A stretch of DNA of 64,000 bases from Eledone cirrhosa. Lineage: Eukaryota. The DNA is taken from assembly GCA_964016885.1 (NCBI GenBank), contig OZ024763.1:3162001-3226000 (forward strand), in the 5' to 3' direction. Every line of letters begins with the position of its first letter. Position 1 is the stretch's first letter. Positions 1-13,087 of this stretch are shown here, one piece after another. A model generated the notes under the pieces. The model was not told the origin of the DNA and did not search any database. It was given only the letters and a program-made list of their open reading frames with translations. The position numbers and the translations under genes were made by a program.

Positions 1-359
1 TAATGAGTGTGAGGAGGCTTTTTATCTTCTTATTTATCTTCTTCTTCTTCTTCTTCTTCTCCTCTAACCTGTCATTTTCTTCCAAACTTTTGTCTCGACT
101 TTTACCTTCGTTAGAGAAATTAAATTACTATTTTGTTTGATGAGTAAATAATTTATGGTAAGTAGAGTATAACAATGTCTATATCGAATAAGTACAAGTT
201 GTTAGCCTAGCCTGATGTTTTTAATTCTACTCTCGTTAAACACTTTATCCCTATATATATATATATATATAGTAATAATAATAAATTTGAAGACTAAAAT
301 CCAAAGCAGCGATTCTTTGCTTAAACTTTAATCTGTTATTTTAATAAATATATATATAT

Positions 360-394
<35 letters not shown>

Positions 395-494
395 AAGAGA
401 CCCTGTTCCTATATATATCTATATAAAGACACTGTCCATATATATATATATATACATATATAAAGGAGAGTCTGTTCCTAAATAAAGAGTCTAT

Positions 495-543
<49 letters not shown>

Positions 544-852
544 CATATATAAAGGAGAGTCTGTTCCTAAATAAAGAGTCTATCCCTATTTACATCTATA
601 TAGAGACCCTGTCCTTTTTTATATCTCTATAAAGAGAGGCCCTTTAGTAATATATTTATGATAAACCTTCAGTGATGTATCTATGATATACCTTAAGAAC
701 AAAACTTGAATGATATATTTATGATGAAAACTTTAGTAATATATTTATGATATATCTTTAATCAGAAAACCTTGCTTTGGTTGCAAAACTTAGCATAGAG
801 CTTTAGATAGTTTCATACAGTGTTTATATATAATAAATACACACACACACGC

Positions 853-883
<31 letters not shown>

Positions 884-994
884 ATTAATGAGAGTAAGTA
901 TATTCATTTATCAATGCAACGAGAGTCATGCAGAGCAGTTATAGATTAATATTTTGTAAATAAACCAAAGAATTATGGCATTTATAAACTGACA

Positions 995-1050
<56 letters not shown>

Positions 1051-1597
1051 CATAAAATAGGAATTATTTTTAAGACTTGTTATTTTGTAAAACAGAATAA
1101 TTTAATCCCTTTGTGACTTCATCGTCAAGTATTATATACTGTTCCTAATTAACGTTTTAAGTTGAAGAATCTGTAATTTACTTCCGTCCATTGAAAAATA
1201 TATGTTTTCTTTCTCTATCATAAGTTCTTTCACTTTACCTTCATCATTATCAGCACAATCATGATCATCTTCGTCATCTTCAGAAAATATTTAGAAAATT
1301 GAAATTTCAAAATATTTTTACGTACTTTAAATGTTGCATGCAAGCTTTAGTTAACTAATAGCATGACTTGCTTTGAATTTTTAGAAAATCACTTATACAA
1401 GCCGTCTCTCCGTTAGTTCCCGTAGGTACCGTCACAACCAACAGCACCGCATTTTGGAAACTCGCTGCTGCAACATTTGAGGAAACATTACAGTCCTCTC
1501 CATCCAACTCTCCTCTCTACTTGGGCAGGCTTAATTCATCTTAAACAGTTGGGTGTTTATATGGCTTAGATTAATTCTAAACTCGCCCCTAATCATA

Positions 1598-1910
1598 ATG
1601 ATAGCTGAAAAGGTGCCCTGTGTTGGTCTACGCACATTCCTCTACGGCTTGCCTGACTTCCGACGAGAAAATATGCTCCGCAAAGGCAGAGAAGTACATA
1701 GAATCTATGTAGAAGTCCATAAAGGAACAACATTCCTTGAGGATCAGTTCACTCTGACAGAATTTGGAAGGACAGTGTTAGAAAGCGGAGGTATAAAAGC
1801 TGGCCGTGCAAAGAATGTGGAGCAGATAGTCGTCGCCCGAGAAACTCTGTATTGCAGTGGATCTGCAACTTGTCGTAGAGTCTGTGGAGGATATTCTGAA
1901 TGTACTCCAG
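1598..1910 (+). CDS. Uncharacterised Cys-rich protein (gene X), first coding exon
   Basis: ATG at 1598 opens a non-repetitive frame (MIAEKVPCVG...ETLYCSGSATCRRVCGGYSECTP) ending at a strong donor CAG|GTAAGA (GT at 1911), phase 1. A plausible acceptor TTTTTAG at 1384 and an upstream donor ATG|GTAAGT at 158 suggest 5' exons. Confidence 0.75.
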
Positions 1911-2045
1911 GTAAGAATTATTTCTATTTCTATTGATTACGTCAAGTCTGGAATTGAAACTAACATCAATATGTGTTGATTGTTATCATGTGAATTTCTG
2001 TTTCAGATGTTTGTTTGTTTGTTTGTCTTCTTTAGGGGGTTTTCT

Positions 2046-3415
2046 GTCTTAATATCTGTGTCATATCTATCTTAATATCTATGCCATAACTATCTTAATA
2101 TCTATGTCATATCTAACTTAATATCTATGTCATATCTAACTTAATATCTATGTCATATCTAACTTAATATCTATGTCATATCTATCTTAATATCTATGTC
2201 ATTTCTATCTTAATATCTATGTCATATCTATTTTAATATCTATGTCATATCTATCTTAATATCACGTCTATCTTAATGTCTATATCATATCTATCTTAAT
2301 CTATGTTGTATCTATCTTAATATCTATGTCACATCCATCTTAATCTATGTCATATCTATCTTAATATCTATATCACATCTATCTTAATATCTATGTCACA
2401 TTTATCTTAATATCTATGTCACATCTATCTTAATATCTATGTCACATCTATCTTAATATCTATGTCACATCTATCTTAATATCTATGTCACATCTATCTT
2501 AATATCTATATCATATCTATCTTAATATCTATATCATATCCATCTTAATGTCTGTCATATCTATCTTAATATCTATGTCATATCTATCTTAATATCTATA
2601 TCACATCTATCTTAATATCTGTCACATTTATCTTAATATTTATATCATATCTATCTTAATATCTATATCATATCCATCTTAATGTCTGTCATATCTATCT
2701 TAATATCTATGTCATATCTATCTTAATATCTATGTCACATCCATCTTAATCTATGTCATATCTATCTTAATATCTATATCACATCTATCTTAATATCTAT
2801 GTCACATTTATCTTAATATCTATGTCACATTTATCTTCATGTCTGTCATATCTATCTTAATATCTATGTCATATCTATCTTAATGTCTGTTATATCCATC
2901 TTAATATCTATGTCATATCTATCTTAATATCTGTCATATCTATCTTAATATCTATGTCACATTTATTTTAATATCTATATCATATGTCATAATATCTATC
3001 TTAATATCTGTCACATCTATCTTAAGATCTATATCATATCCATCTTAATATCTATCTTAATATCTGTCACATCTATCTTAAGATCTATATCATATCCATC
3101 TTAATATCTATCTTAATATCTGTCACATCCATCTTAATATCTATATCACATCTATCTCAATATATATCTCAATATATATACCATATCCATCTTAATATCC
3201 ATCTTAATATCTATGTCACATCCATCTTAATATCTATATCACATTTATCTCAATATATATCTCAATATATATACCATATCTATCTTAAGATCTATCTTAA
3301 TATCTATGTCACATCCATCTTAATATCTATATCACATCTATCTCAATATATATACCATATCTATCTCAATATCTATATCAATCTTGATATCTATCTTAAG
3401 ATCTATATCATATCC
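2046..3415. repeat. Minisatellite, about 23-bp unit TATCTATCTTAATATCTATGTCA
   Basis: Direct reading; located in the gene X intron. Confidence 0.95.
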
Positions 3416-4136
3416 CTAGTCACTAACATTACCTGTAGTCACTAATACCTCCTTTAGTCACTAATACCTCCTGTAGTCACTAATATCTCCTTTAGTCACT
3501 ATTGGGGATTTCTTTCCTTTCAGATATTTTGTCAGCCATTGTTACATGTTACCAATTCTTTACCCTCCTCTTTATATGTAAATCCCTGTTTCCCCACCAC
3601 CCACCACCCATCTTTTGTGTTGTCCTTAATGTTTTCAACCCTACTGGCCAATAAAGAAATCATTATTATTGTTATTCGGGTGGTGAATTGGCAGAATCAG
3701 TAGAGCATCAGACACCATGCTTCATGACATAGAGTTACATTCCTTTACATTTTTAGTTCAAATCCCGCCAAGTTTAGCTTTGCCTTTCATCGTTACAGGG
3801 TATCTATAAAATAAAGTACCAGTAATACAATGGAGTTGATTTAATCGACTTTCCCCTCCCCCCAAAATGGCAAGAGCTCAGCTGTTGGGTCCCCGACTCT
3901 TTATAATATATATATATATATCAACATAAATAAATCTTTCACTGCCAACCTCCATGTTTCCACATTCCTCACAATTCAAGCTAAAACAATAGCAAAGGTG
4001 ACATTGTCTTAAATGTAAAAAATTGTAAAGAGATTCCTATATATACATATATGTGTATGTGAATATATATATATATATATATAAATACACATACACACAC
4101 CACACACACATCTCCCTCTCTCTCCCTCTCTCTCCC

Positions 4137-4177
<41 letters not shown>

Positions 4178-4194
4178 ATATATATATATATATA

Positions 4195-4535
4195 CAATAT
4201 ATTAACAAATGGAAACTATATTTATAAAACCATATTTATTTTATTATACATATTTCAAGGGCCACCAAGGTAAATTATGGTGCGCTTTCATCAGATAAAA
4301 TACAATACAGATTAGTTTTATAAATAAATATTGACATACCCTGAAAAAAGACAACCTTAACGGTTGGAGCTTCTTGGATAGTGGAGATATTACATTTATT
4401 GAGATGGTTTTATAAATATAGTTTCCATTTGTTAATATATTGTATATTTACTCCACTAACCTGTTGAGTGCTTTATATCAGTTATAAAAAAATTTAAGCT
4501 TGTTGAATCCCAACAAATTAAATATAGCCTCTGCA
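4195..4535 (-). mobile_element. Hammerhead-bearing element in a (TA)n tract with an internal inverted repeat of about 45 bp (Penelope-like terminal remnant)
   Basis: Inverted arms AATATATTAACAAATGGAAACTATATTTATAAAACCAT at about 4196-4233 and 4404-4442. A homologous copy lies at 63335-63876. Confidence 0.6.
4237..4302 (-). ncRNA. Minimal type I hammerhead ribozyme motif (intact core)
   Basis: Minus strand reads TATTTTAT-CTGATGA-AAGCGCACCA(taatttacct)TGGTGGCCCTT-GAA-ATATGTAT-A-ATAAAATA. This gives an 8-bp stem I, a full CUGAUGA/GAAA core and an AUA cleavage triplet. Confidence 0.75.
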
Positions 4536-4599
4536 TATATATACATATATATATATATGTATATATATATGTATATATATATATATGTATATATATATG

Positions 4600-4636
<37 letters not shown>

Positions 4637-5019
4637 CATCATCATCATTTTACGTCCGCATTTCCCTGCTTGCAAGGGTGGGACGGCAACTGATTCTGGC
4701 TTGATTTCTACAGCTGCAGGCCCTTCCTAACACCAACCTCATTTACAGTGAGTGCTGGGTGCTTTTTTGCCGTGGCACCTCCACGACCACTTTTCAGTGG
4801 AATGATAGGGACCCCAGTCTCTATCATCTCATTTCTACAGCTGAGTAAACTGGAGCAATGTGAAATAAAGTGTCTTGCTCAAGGAAACAACACATCACCC
4901 GGTCTGAGAATTGAACTCACAACCTTTCGATTGCAAGGCCAATGCTCTAACCACTAAGCCATGTGCCTCCATATATATGTATATATATATATGTATATAT
5001 ATATATGTATATATATATG

Positions 5020-5050
<31 letters not shown>

Positions 5051-5111
5051 GTATATATATATATGTATGTATATAAATATATGTATATATATGTATGTAT
5101 ATATATATATG

Positions 5112-5149
<38 letters not shown>

Positions 5150-5177
5150 TATGTATATATATGTATGTATATATATG

Positions 5178-5208
<31 letters not shown>

Positions 5209-5630
5209 GTATGTATCAAAAAAGTTCTGTATGAATAGTTGAGACCATTAATGGGCACTGCTCCTCCGCAATGTGTGTCTCTCCCGTCCACCTCCACCCA
5301 CCCCCTCATCCACCCCACCCACCCACCCTGCCCACCCACCCACCCCCTCAGTTTATATAGACTAACATGTGACATGGTAGATGTGTGTCAGGCTGCTGAT
5401 TGTCACAAGTAATAATGACATGAACACAGCAGCAGCAGCAGCTGGTCGGTTGAGCCGCGGGGTGGCTCGGTGTGGTGTGGTGGCCTGTGTGGCGGGGTGG
5501 ACGGTGTGATGGTGTGGAGGAGGGGAGAAAATAACATGATATTTTATTGTGAGAAAAACCTTTGTTAGAAACGTCTATTATTATCTGTAATTCTAAATAG
5601 CTGGGTAGGACCACCTCCTCCTACGTACCT

Positions 5631-6577
<947 letters not shown>

Positions 6578-7109
6578 GTTTAACATCTATTCTATTATTT
6601 TGCTTCATTTAACTGGGGTTTTTTTCTTTATGTTCTTTGTGTTTTGGTTATTGTTTTTGTTATTATTTTTGTTTGAGTCTCTTTAATTAGGAAATCTTTG
6701 TTTTCTAAACATTAATGATATTGCCATCTTTTCAAGTATAAGTTGAGATGTTTTTCTCCTTTCAGGGCATTATCTAGTTTTTGTGCCTCTTCTCTTTGTC
6801 AGCCCCCAAAATTTCTTTCTTTTTTTCTTTCCTTTTTATCTTTTTTTTTTACCTGCAGGCAAAAAAAAAAAAAAAAAGAAAAAAAAAAGAAATCTTCTGC
6901 CGCAGTTTGATATCTGTCATTAATTTTTTTTTTAGTTTTCTTTAAAAGCAGCAGATAATACTTTATACTTCCCCGCTTCTGTCTATTTACTTCTTATTCT
7001 TGTTGTTATGTTGTGTGTATTTACTTTTGTGTATAGTTTCCAGTATATATATGTGTGTCAAAGTTTGTATTTTGTCTGTTGTAACAGCAGTTATGGTTTC
7101 TAATATAGC

Positions 7110-7325
7110 CTTAATCCTTTAGTTTCCAATCTGGCCCAAAACCAACTCTGGTTCTATGAAATAAAACCACCCATTTTAACCCTTTTGTTACCAACTCGGC
7201 CAAAACCAGCTCTGGTTCTGTGAAATAAAACCATCCATTTTAACCAGTTAGTTACCAACCCGGCCAAAACCAGCTCTGGTTCTATGAAATAAAGTCACCT
7301 ATTTTAACCCTTTAGATGCTTAACC
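7110..7325. repeat. Tandem array of about 63-bp units starting TTAACCC (MITE-end derived)
   Basis: TTAACCCTTTTGTTACCAACxCGGCCAAAACCAGCTCTGGTTCT repeated about 3 times; reverse-complement match at about 21295-21355. Confidence 0.7.
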
Positions 7326-9097
7326 TAGTAGTTGGTGGTCTACACTATAAAAGCACCCAGTACATGTTGTAAAGTGGTTGGTGTTAGGAAGGACATCCAG
7401 CCATAGAAAACAAGCCAAACATAAGGTTGGGAAGACTCTTTACTTGTGTGAAGGACATGACAACTTCCTAGTGCTGTTGATTTACATGAAACATGCTGTA
7501 AAGTGGTTGGTGTTAGGGTGGGTATCCAGCCATAGAAGCCTTGCCAAACAAGGAGTTAGGAGGATCCTTCAGTTTGTGACAAAAGACACGACAACTTCTC
7601 CTCTGCATTTGATATGACCCTACGTAAGTGGGACACAGACTTCCTCGGCCTGTCTGGGAGGTCAGTAGCCCCGTTTCAGTACTGACTTGGTCTATGTAGA
7701 CCTGTCCAACCCTTGCTAGCAGGGAAAGCTGACATTAAATGATGATGATGATGGTGGTGATGATAAATCTACACAGTAGGTATCAAGGGCCAAAATACTT
7801 GATGGCAGTTCTCCCTCTGAAGATCCTCTTCGTGTCCAATCATGCCATCACAAGTTTCCACCTACCGACATAAATATACTTCTTTTATAATAGAACATAA
7901 AATATGTAGTGTGTGTGTTGTTTATGTATGTATATATACTATGTTATGAACACACACACTATATATACTATGTTATGTAGTGTGTGTGTATATACTATGT
8001 CGTTTATGTAGTGTGTATGTATGTTGTTTATATATGTAGTGTGTGTGTGTGTGTGTGTATACTATGTTGTTTATATATGTAGTCTGTTTGTGTATATTAT
8101 TGTTTATATATGTACTGTGTGTACGGTGTTATTTAAATATGTAGTACGTATGCATTAGAGAGGTTGTCAAGTCCTCAACAAGACCCCCCCCACACACACA
8201 CACCCTTCATTGGCTCACTTTATTTGTCATTACTTTACAAAAACATTTATTATTCCTGCAGATTTTAAAACTATTTAATTACATAATTTCTGAATTCTGT
8301 TGTTTTAAAAAATGTTTAATTAAATGGTTAAATGGTTCTCTGAAAGAAAATTCTTCAACTTTTGGCTTTATTTATTTAATTCTTGGATTAGCAGCTCTGC
8401 AGTTATTTCTATATGGAATTCCATTAAGATATGTTCAGGAATCTATCGGTCAATCTCGGACAGGTTTGCAGTCGAGCCCGTAGCAGTGGAGACTTCTGCT
8501 GTCCTTGACCATGGGGCCTTCTCCATGGGGCCTTCTCCATGCTCACCACCATCAGCACATAGTTGGTTACTCATGTATCTACCTCACCATCCTCCGGGGA
8601 AACACCTTCTCTATTCTGTCTGCCGGGCGGCCAACGCATGGGCCCCCATTTGCTCATAATAGATGAGGTGAGCAGGAGAGATGGAGGCAGTGACAGTGGG
8701 ATTTTGGTTGTTTTGTGTTCAGACCTGGTGTACATGTTTATGTTTACACACACTCACGCATCTGTTTCACTACTGCCAATAAATGTATCTATTTATTAAC
8801 AGAGAGAGAGGGTTTGTAGTTGACTAACTCTTAACCTTTTCTTCTCCTTTAAGCCAGAATCTTGTTTATAAATGTTTTTTGCTGTTATTGTTGTTTTAGA
8901 AAGACTTAGTAACAATGTTAAATGTTAAAACTGTTTTTTTTATTATTATTATAATCCTGTGTTTTAGCTTGCCACACCGCATAGCCTGATGAGAAATGAA
9001 ACCTCTTCTATTACTGTTGTGATGTTTTTGTTGTATTGTTTGGAGTTTTTCGTCTAATGTCTTATTTTTTTTTTATATTTCTTGTTTTCTTTTGTAG

Positions 9098-9639
9098 ACT
9101 GCTCGAAGACAAAAGTGCGGGGTCATAAATGCAATTACAGAGTAAAGATGACTATGCGCTTGGGACATGTAAACTCTTGGTTTGTTGAAGTAACCGGTGA
9201 CCACAGTGGGGCGTATTTCCGTTATGAGAACATGCTTCTGCAAAAACCTTCTGCCCGTTCTAGTCAAAAGAAAATGAGAGCCAGTTTAACTAACCCTTCA
9301 TCTTTCCCCCTTATTAGCCACCTCACACCGTCTCAGGAACAGAACTATTTTTTAATGAATGCTACAATAAAATCAGAACCACCTGACACAACTGTGGGAG
9401 AGTTACCCAGTCCTGTGTTCCAGTCAAACCCTTTAGAATTTCATAATTCTACTATTGACAAGAAGCCTGGTTCGCAGGCTGACATGTCGTACACGTGTAT
9501 GACAAGCAACACTCAGGTGGTACCAGATGAACCCAGCATGGCAGTAGCTCAATCAAATTATACTGCTGTAATGGAAGAGATGTGGAACGATGTTAATATT
9601 GACTCGAACGAGAATGATAATGATGACGAGAAGGTATAA
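9098..9639 (+). CDS. Gene X, second coding exon (possible WRKY/GCM1/FAR1-like Zn-finger half plus a low-complexity S/P/T and acidic tail)
   Basis: Polypyrimidine tract plus TAG acceptor at 9097, phase 1, matching the donor at 1910 and joining CTP-D-CSKTKVRGHKCNYRVKMTMRLGHVNSWFVEVTGDH. Open to TAA at 9637-9639, with an alternative phase-0 donor AAG|GTATAA at 9634. Confidence 0.75.
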
Positions 9640-10734
9640 ATTCTTGAGCATCTGCATGTCTATAGTGTATATACCACCACCACCTGTACGTTTTAGACAG
9701 GAGTAAAAAAAAAAAAAAAACCTTAGTGCCAGATCCTACCTGTACAACCAACATCTACCACCGAGCTCCTTATATCTATCTCTCTATCTTTCTATATATT
9801 AGTGTCTTGTTGTGTTACTAGCTGTGCTGTTTAGTACATCTGTATGTGTGTGCATGAACTCCTTAACTTCATTTGTTTGCATGGCAGAATTATAACCATA
9901 ACAACTTTATTTTAATTTTTTTTTTTTTGCTTTTTTCTTTCTTTCTTTCTTTCTCGTTTGATTTCAAATTTATTTAAAACTTTGCTTTTTTTATTTTTAT
10001 ATTTTTATATATTTTATATATATATTTATTGCTTTTTTTTAAAACAAAAAGAAAACTCCAGCTTTTTAAAAATTCTGCTTGTCATTTTGTCTTCCACAGG
10101 ATTTTTGTGGTAGCAAGAATTGCTGCCACTGGCCACTTAGTAATTTAATCTTTAACACGCTGAAATCTTTTTATGAATTACTTCTCTTGTATGGGGAGAT
10201 TACTCTACTGTTGTGAAGTTGCATGGCTTAGTGGTTAGAGCATCAGGCTTACAATCACAAGGTTGTGAGTTTGATTCTCGGACCAGGTGATGTGTTGTGT
10301 TCTTGAGCAAGACACTTTATTTCACGTTGCTCCAGTTTACTCAGCTGTAGAAATAAGTTGCGATGTCACTGATGCCAAGCTATATCATGTATAGTGTATA
10401 TATAGTGTGTATAATGTATATATAATGTATACAATGTATATATAATGTATACATAGTATATACATAGTATATATAGTGCCAAGCTGTATCAGCCATTGCC
10501 TTTCCCTTGGACAACATCAGTGTCATGGAGAGGGGAGACTGGTATGCATGGGCGACCTACTGGTCTTCCACAAACAACCTTGCCCAGACTTGTGCCTCGG
10601 AGGGGAACTTTCTAGGTACAAATCTCATGGTCATTCGTGACCGAAGAGGGTCTTTTAAAAATAAAAGTATTGGGTATGTCAACTAGTTTGAGGTAAAGCC
10701 TTTACTGTGAAAATACAATAGTAAATATAGAGTA

Positions 10735-11520
10735 ATCATCATCATCATCATCATCATCAGGTTTAGCGTCCGTGTTCCACGCTTGCATGGGTTTGGACGG
10801 GGGTTTTCCCACTTGAGGCAAGAGTGGTTGTCTTGCTCGCATAGGACTGTCTGGCGGGTTTTCTACAGTTGGATGCCCTTCCTAACACCAACCACATTTA
10901 CAGTGTGGGGCTGGGAGGTTTTTACCGTGTTGCCTACACGGCCACATTACAGCGTGGACTGTCTGGCGGGTTTTCTACAGCTGGATGCCCTTCCTAACAC
11001 CAACCACATTTACAGTGTGGGGCTGGGAGGTTTTTACCGTGTTGCCTACACGGCCACATTTACAGCGTGGACTGTGTGTTTTTTGTCGTGACACCTACAC
11101 GATCTCATTTGTTTCGGCCTGGATGTTGTGGGACCAACATAACTTTACATTGAAAGGGGCGGTGTGGGTGGGGTGGAGGTGGTGGGACGGGGGTGTGTTT
11201 TGATAGAGGTGCCTACTGACTGTAGTAGGTTTTTACTTTGTATTTAGGTAAGGCGGGTCTTCTCTATTACTGAGTACCGCCAAAGGTCTCGGTCCAGTGA
11301 CATTGTCTTGGAGAGGTGTAAGCGTGTGAGGTCGGAATTTATCAGCTCGTCCCATGTTTTTCTGGGTCTGCCTACTCCGTGGCTACCGTCTATCTTTATT
11401 GCCCTGCACTTTGTTATACAGCTGTCGTCTTTCATGCGCATCACGTGACCGTACCAACGTAGCCTTCTCTCGAGTAAACAACATCTGATCCCTCTTATTT
11501 CTAATTTTTTCCTTAGTTCG
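10735..11520 (-). mobile_element. 5'-truncated RTE-clade LINE: ORF C-terminus, 3' UTR and (GAT)n tail
   Basis: Minus frame reads ELRKKLEIRGIRCCLLERRLRWYGHVMRMKDD...GRPRKTWDELINSDL...DRDLWR...stop at 11244. RWxGHVxRM and GRPxxxW are typical RTE C-terminal motifs; (CAT)n on the + strand at about 10736-10758. Confidence 0.85.
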
Positions 11521-11783
11521 TAATGTAAATGGTAAAGAGTTAAGGAATTTTACTGAAGTTCTATAACATTTGGGTTGTTTTATAAACAACATACAAGCTA
11601 TTCTGTTTGACAGCAATGCCGTAGTAATTAGAACCCCCCCAAACTTCAATTTCTATGTTTCAGGCAAAATTGGAATCTAATTTTCTTGAATGTTCTCTGT
11701 TAGATTTCCAAAGATATTTCATCTTAACTCCACACAGTCCAAGATAAAACTTCTTTCTTTTTTTCTCATTATCATTATTATTA

Positions 11784-12915
11784 CGGTGGGTTGGCAGTAT
11801 CAGTAGAGGGTCGGACGCCATGCTTTGCAGCATAGAGTTACGGCCCTTGCCATTCTGAGTTCAAATCCCGCCGAGGTTAACTTTGCCTTTCATCCTTACG
11901 GGGTCGATAAAATAAAGTACCAGTAATGCACTGGGGTAATTGCTGGCCTTGTGCCAAAAGTAGAAACAATTATTCTGTAGTATTGAAGAAGGACAACTGG
12001 AAGAGGGTGCTTGCCCTAGTGGTCAGGGTGCCCGTGGCTTTTTGTGGGCTTTCACCACGAGTGACCCTTGCAGTCTCCTCACTTCTGGGGAATTTCTTAT
12101 GTTTGTTTTGTTTTTTTCAAATGTTTATTTTCTTTATCTCTGTTGTAAATATTATCATACCCCCCCCCCCCACCACACTATATCGTCCTGTACTGTCTTT
12201 AATGTTTCCTTAATGTGAACCCTGTGGGGCTAATAAACACAGTATTGTGGTTGGCAGTATCAGTAGAGGATCGGACACCATACTTTGTAGCATAGAGTTA
12301 TGGCCCTTTCCAGTCTGAGTTCAAATCCCGCCGAGGTAAACTTCGCCTTTCATCCTTACGGGGGTGATAAAATAAAGTACCAGTAATGTACTAGGGTAAT
12401 TGCTGGCCTTGTGCCAAAAGTAGAAACAATTATTATTGTGGAATGGTAGTAAGTGGTAGAGGGTCAGACAACATGCTTTGTGACATAGAGTTACGACCCT
12501 TTATGTGCTGAGTTCAGATCGCGCCAAGCTTTATTTAAAATAAAGTACCAGTCATGCACTGGGGTCGATTTGGTAGAGCATCGGACATGTTTAGCGACAT
12601 AGGGTTATGGCCCTTTGCCTTTCATCCTTATGGGGGTCGATAAAATAAAGCACCAGTAATACACGGGTCGATTTAATCGACTTTTCCCTCTCCCAAAAAA
12701 TTGCTGGCCTTGTGCCTAAAGTAGAAACCATTAAGGGCAATGGATTAGCAGAATCGGTAGAGTGCCAGACAACATTCTTAGTGACATATAGTCACGGCCC
12801 TTTGTGTTCTGAATTAAAATTCCGCCGAGGTTAACTTTGCCTTATGGGGGTTGATAAAAAAAGTACCAGTAATGCACTGGGGATAATTGCTGGCCTTGTG
12901 CCTAAATCATAAATC
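11784..12915 (+). mobile_element. Cluster of tRNA-derived SINEs, family A (about 5 full or partial copies)
   Basis: A box TGGCAGxATCxGTAG, B box GAGTTCAAATCC, central GCCTTTCATCCTTACGGGGTCGATAAAATAAAGTACCAG (resembles the Meta-type SINE central domain), (ATT)n tail. Confidence 0.85.
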
Positions 12916-12962
12916 ATTATTATTATTATTATTACTAACATTATTTTTGTTTGTGTCGCCAG

Positions 12963-13087
12963 GATTTGGTTAGACGAGTGCGACAGTTGGAGGCACACGT
13001 TTCCCAGCTACGTAACATTATTCTGAAGAATGATAAGAAAGAAGATAAGAAGAAGGATAGAAAGGGAAAAGTCTTTGATTTTTCTAA
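12963..13087 (+). CDS. PUS3: PUS3 exon (DLVRRVRQLEAHVSQLRNIILK...KVFDFSK)
   Basis: CAG acceptor at 12962, donor AA|GTGAG at 13088. Encodes the N-terminal helix and FDFS motif typical of PUS3. Confidence 0.85.

Noticed and set aside
8983-9012. CTGATGA-gaaat-GAAA (similarly CTGAAGA-aaca-GAAA at about 48826 and CTGAGGA...GAAA on the minus strand at about 53296-53326)
   Set aside because: No closable stem II, or no stem I/III pairing; chance core matches.
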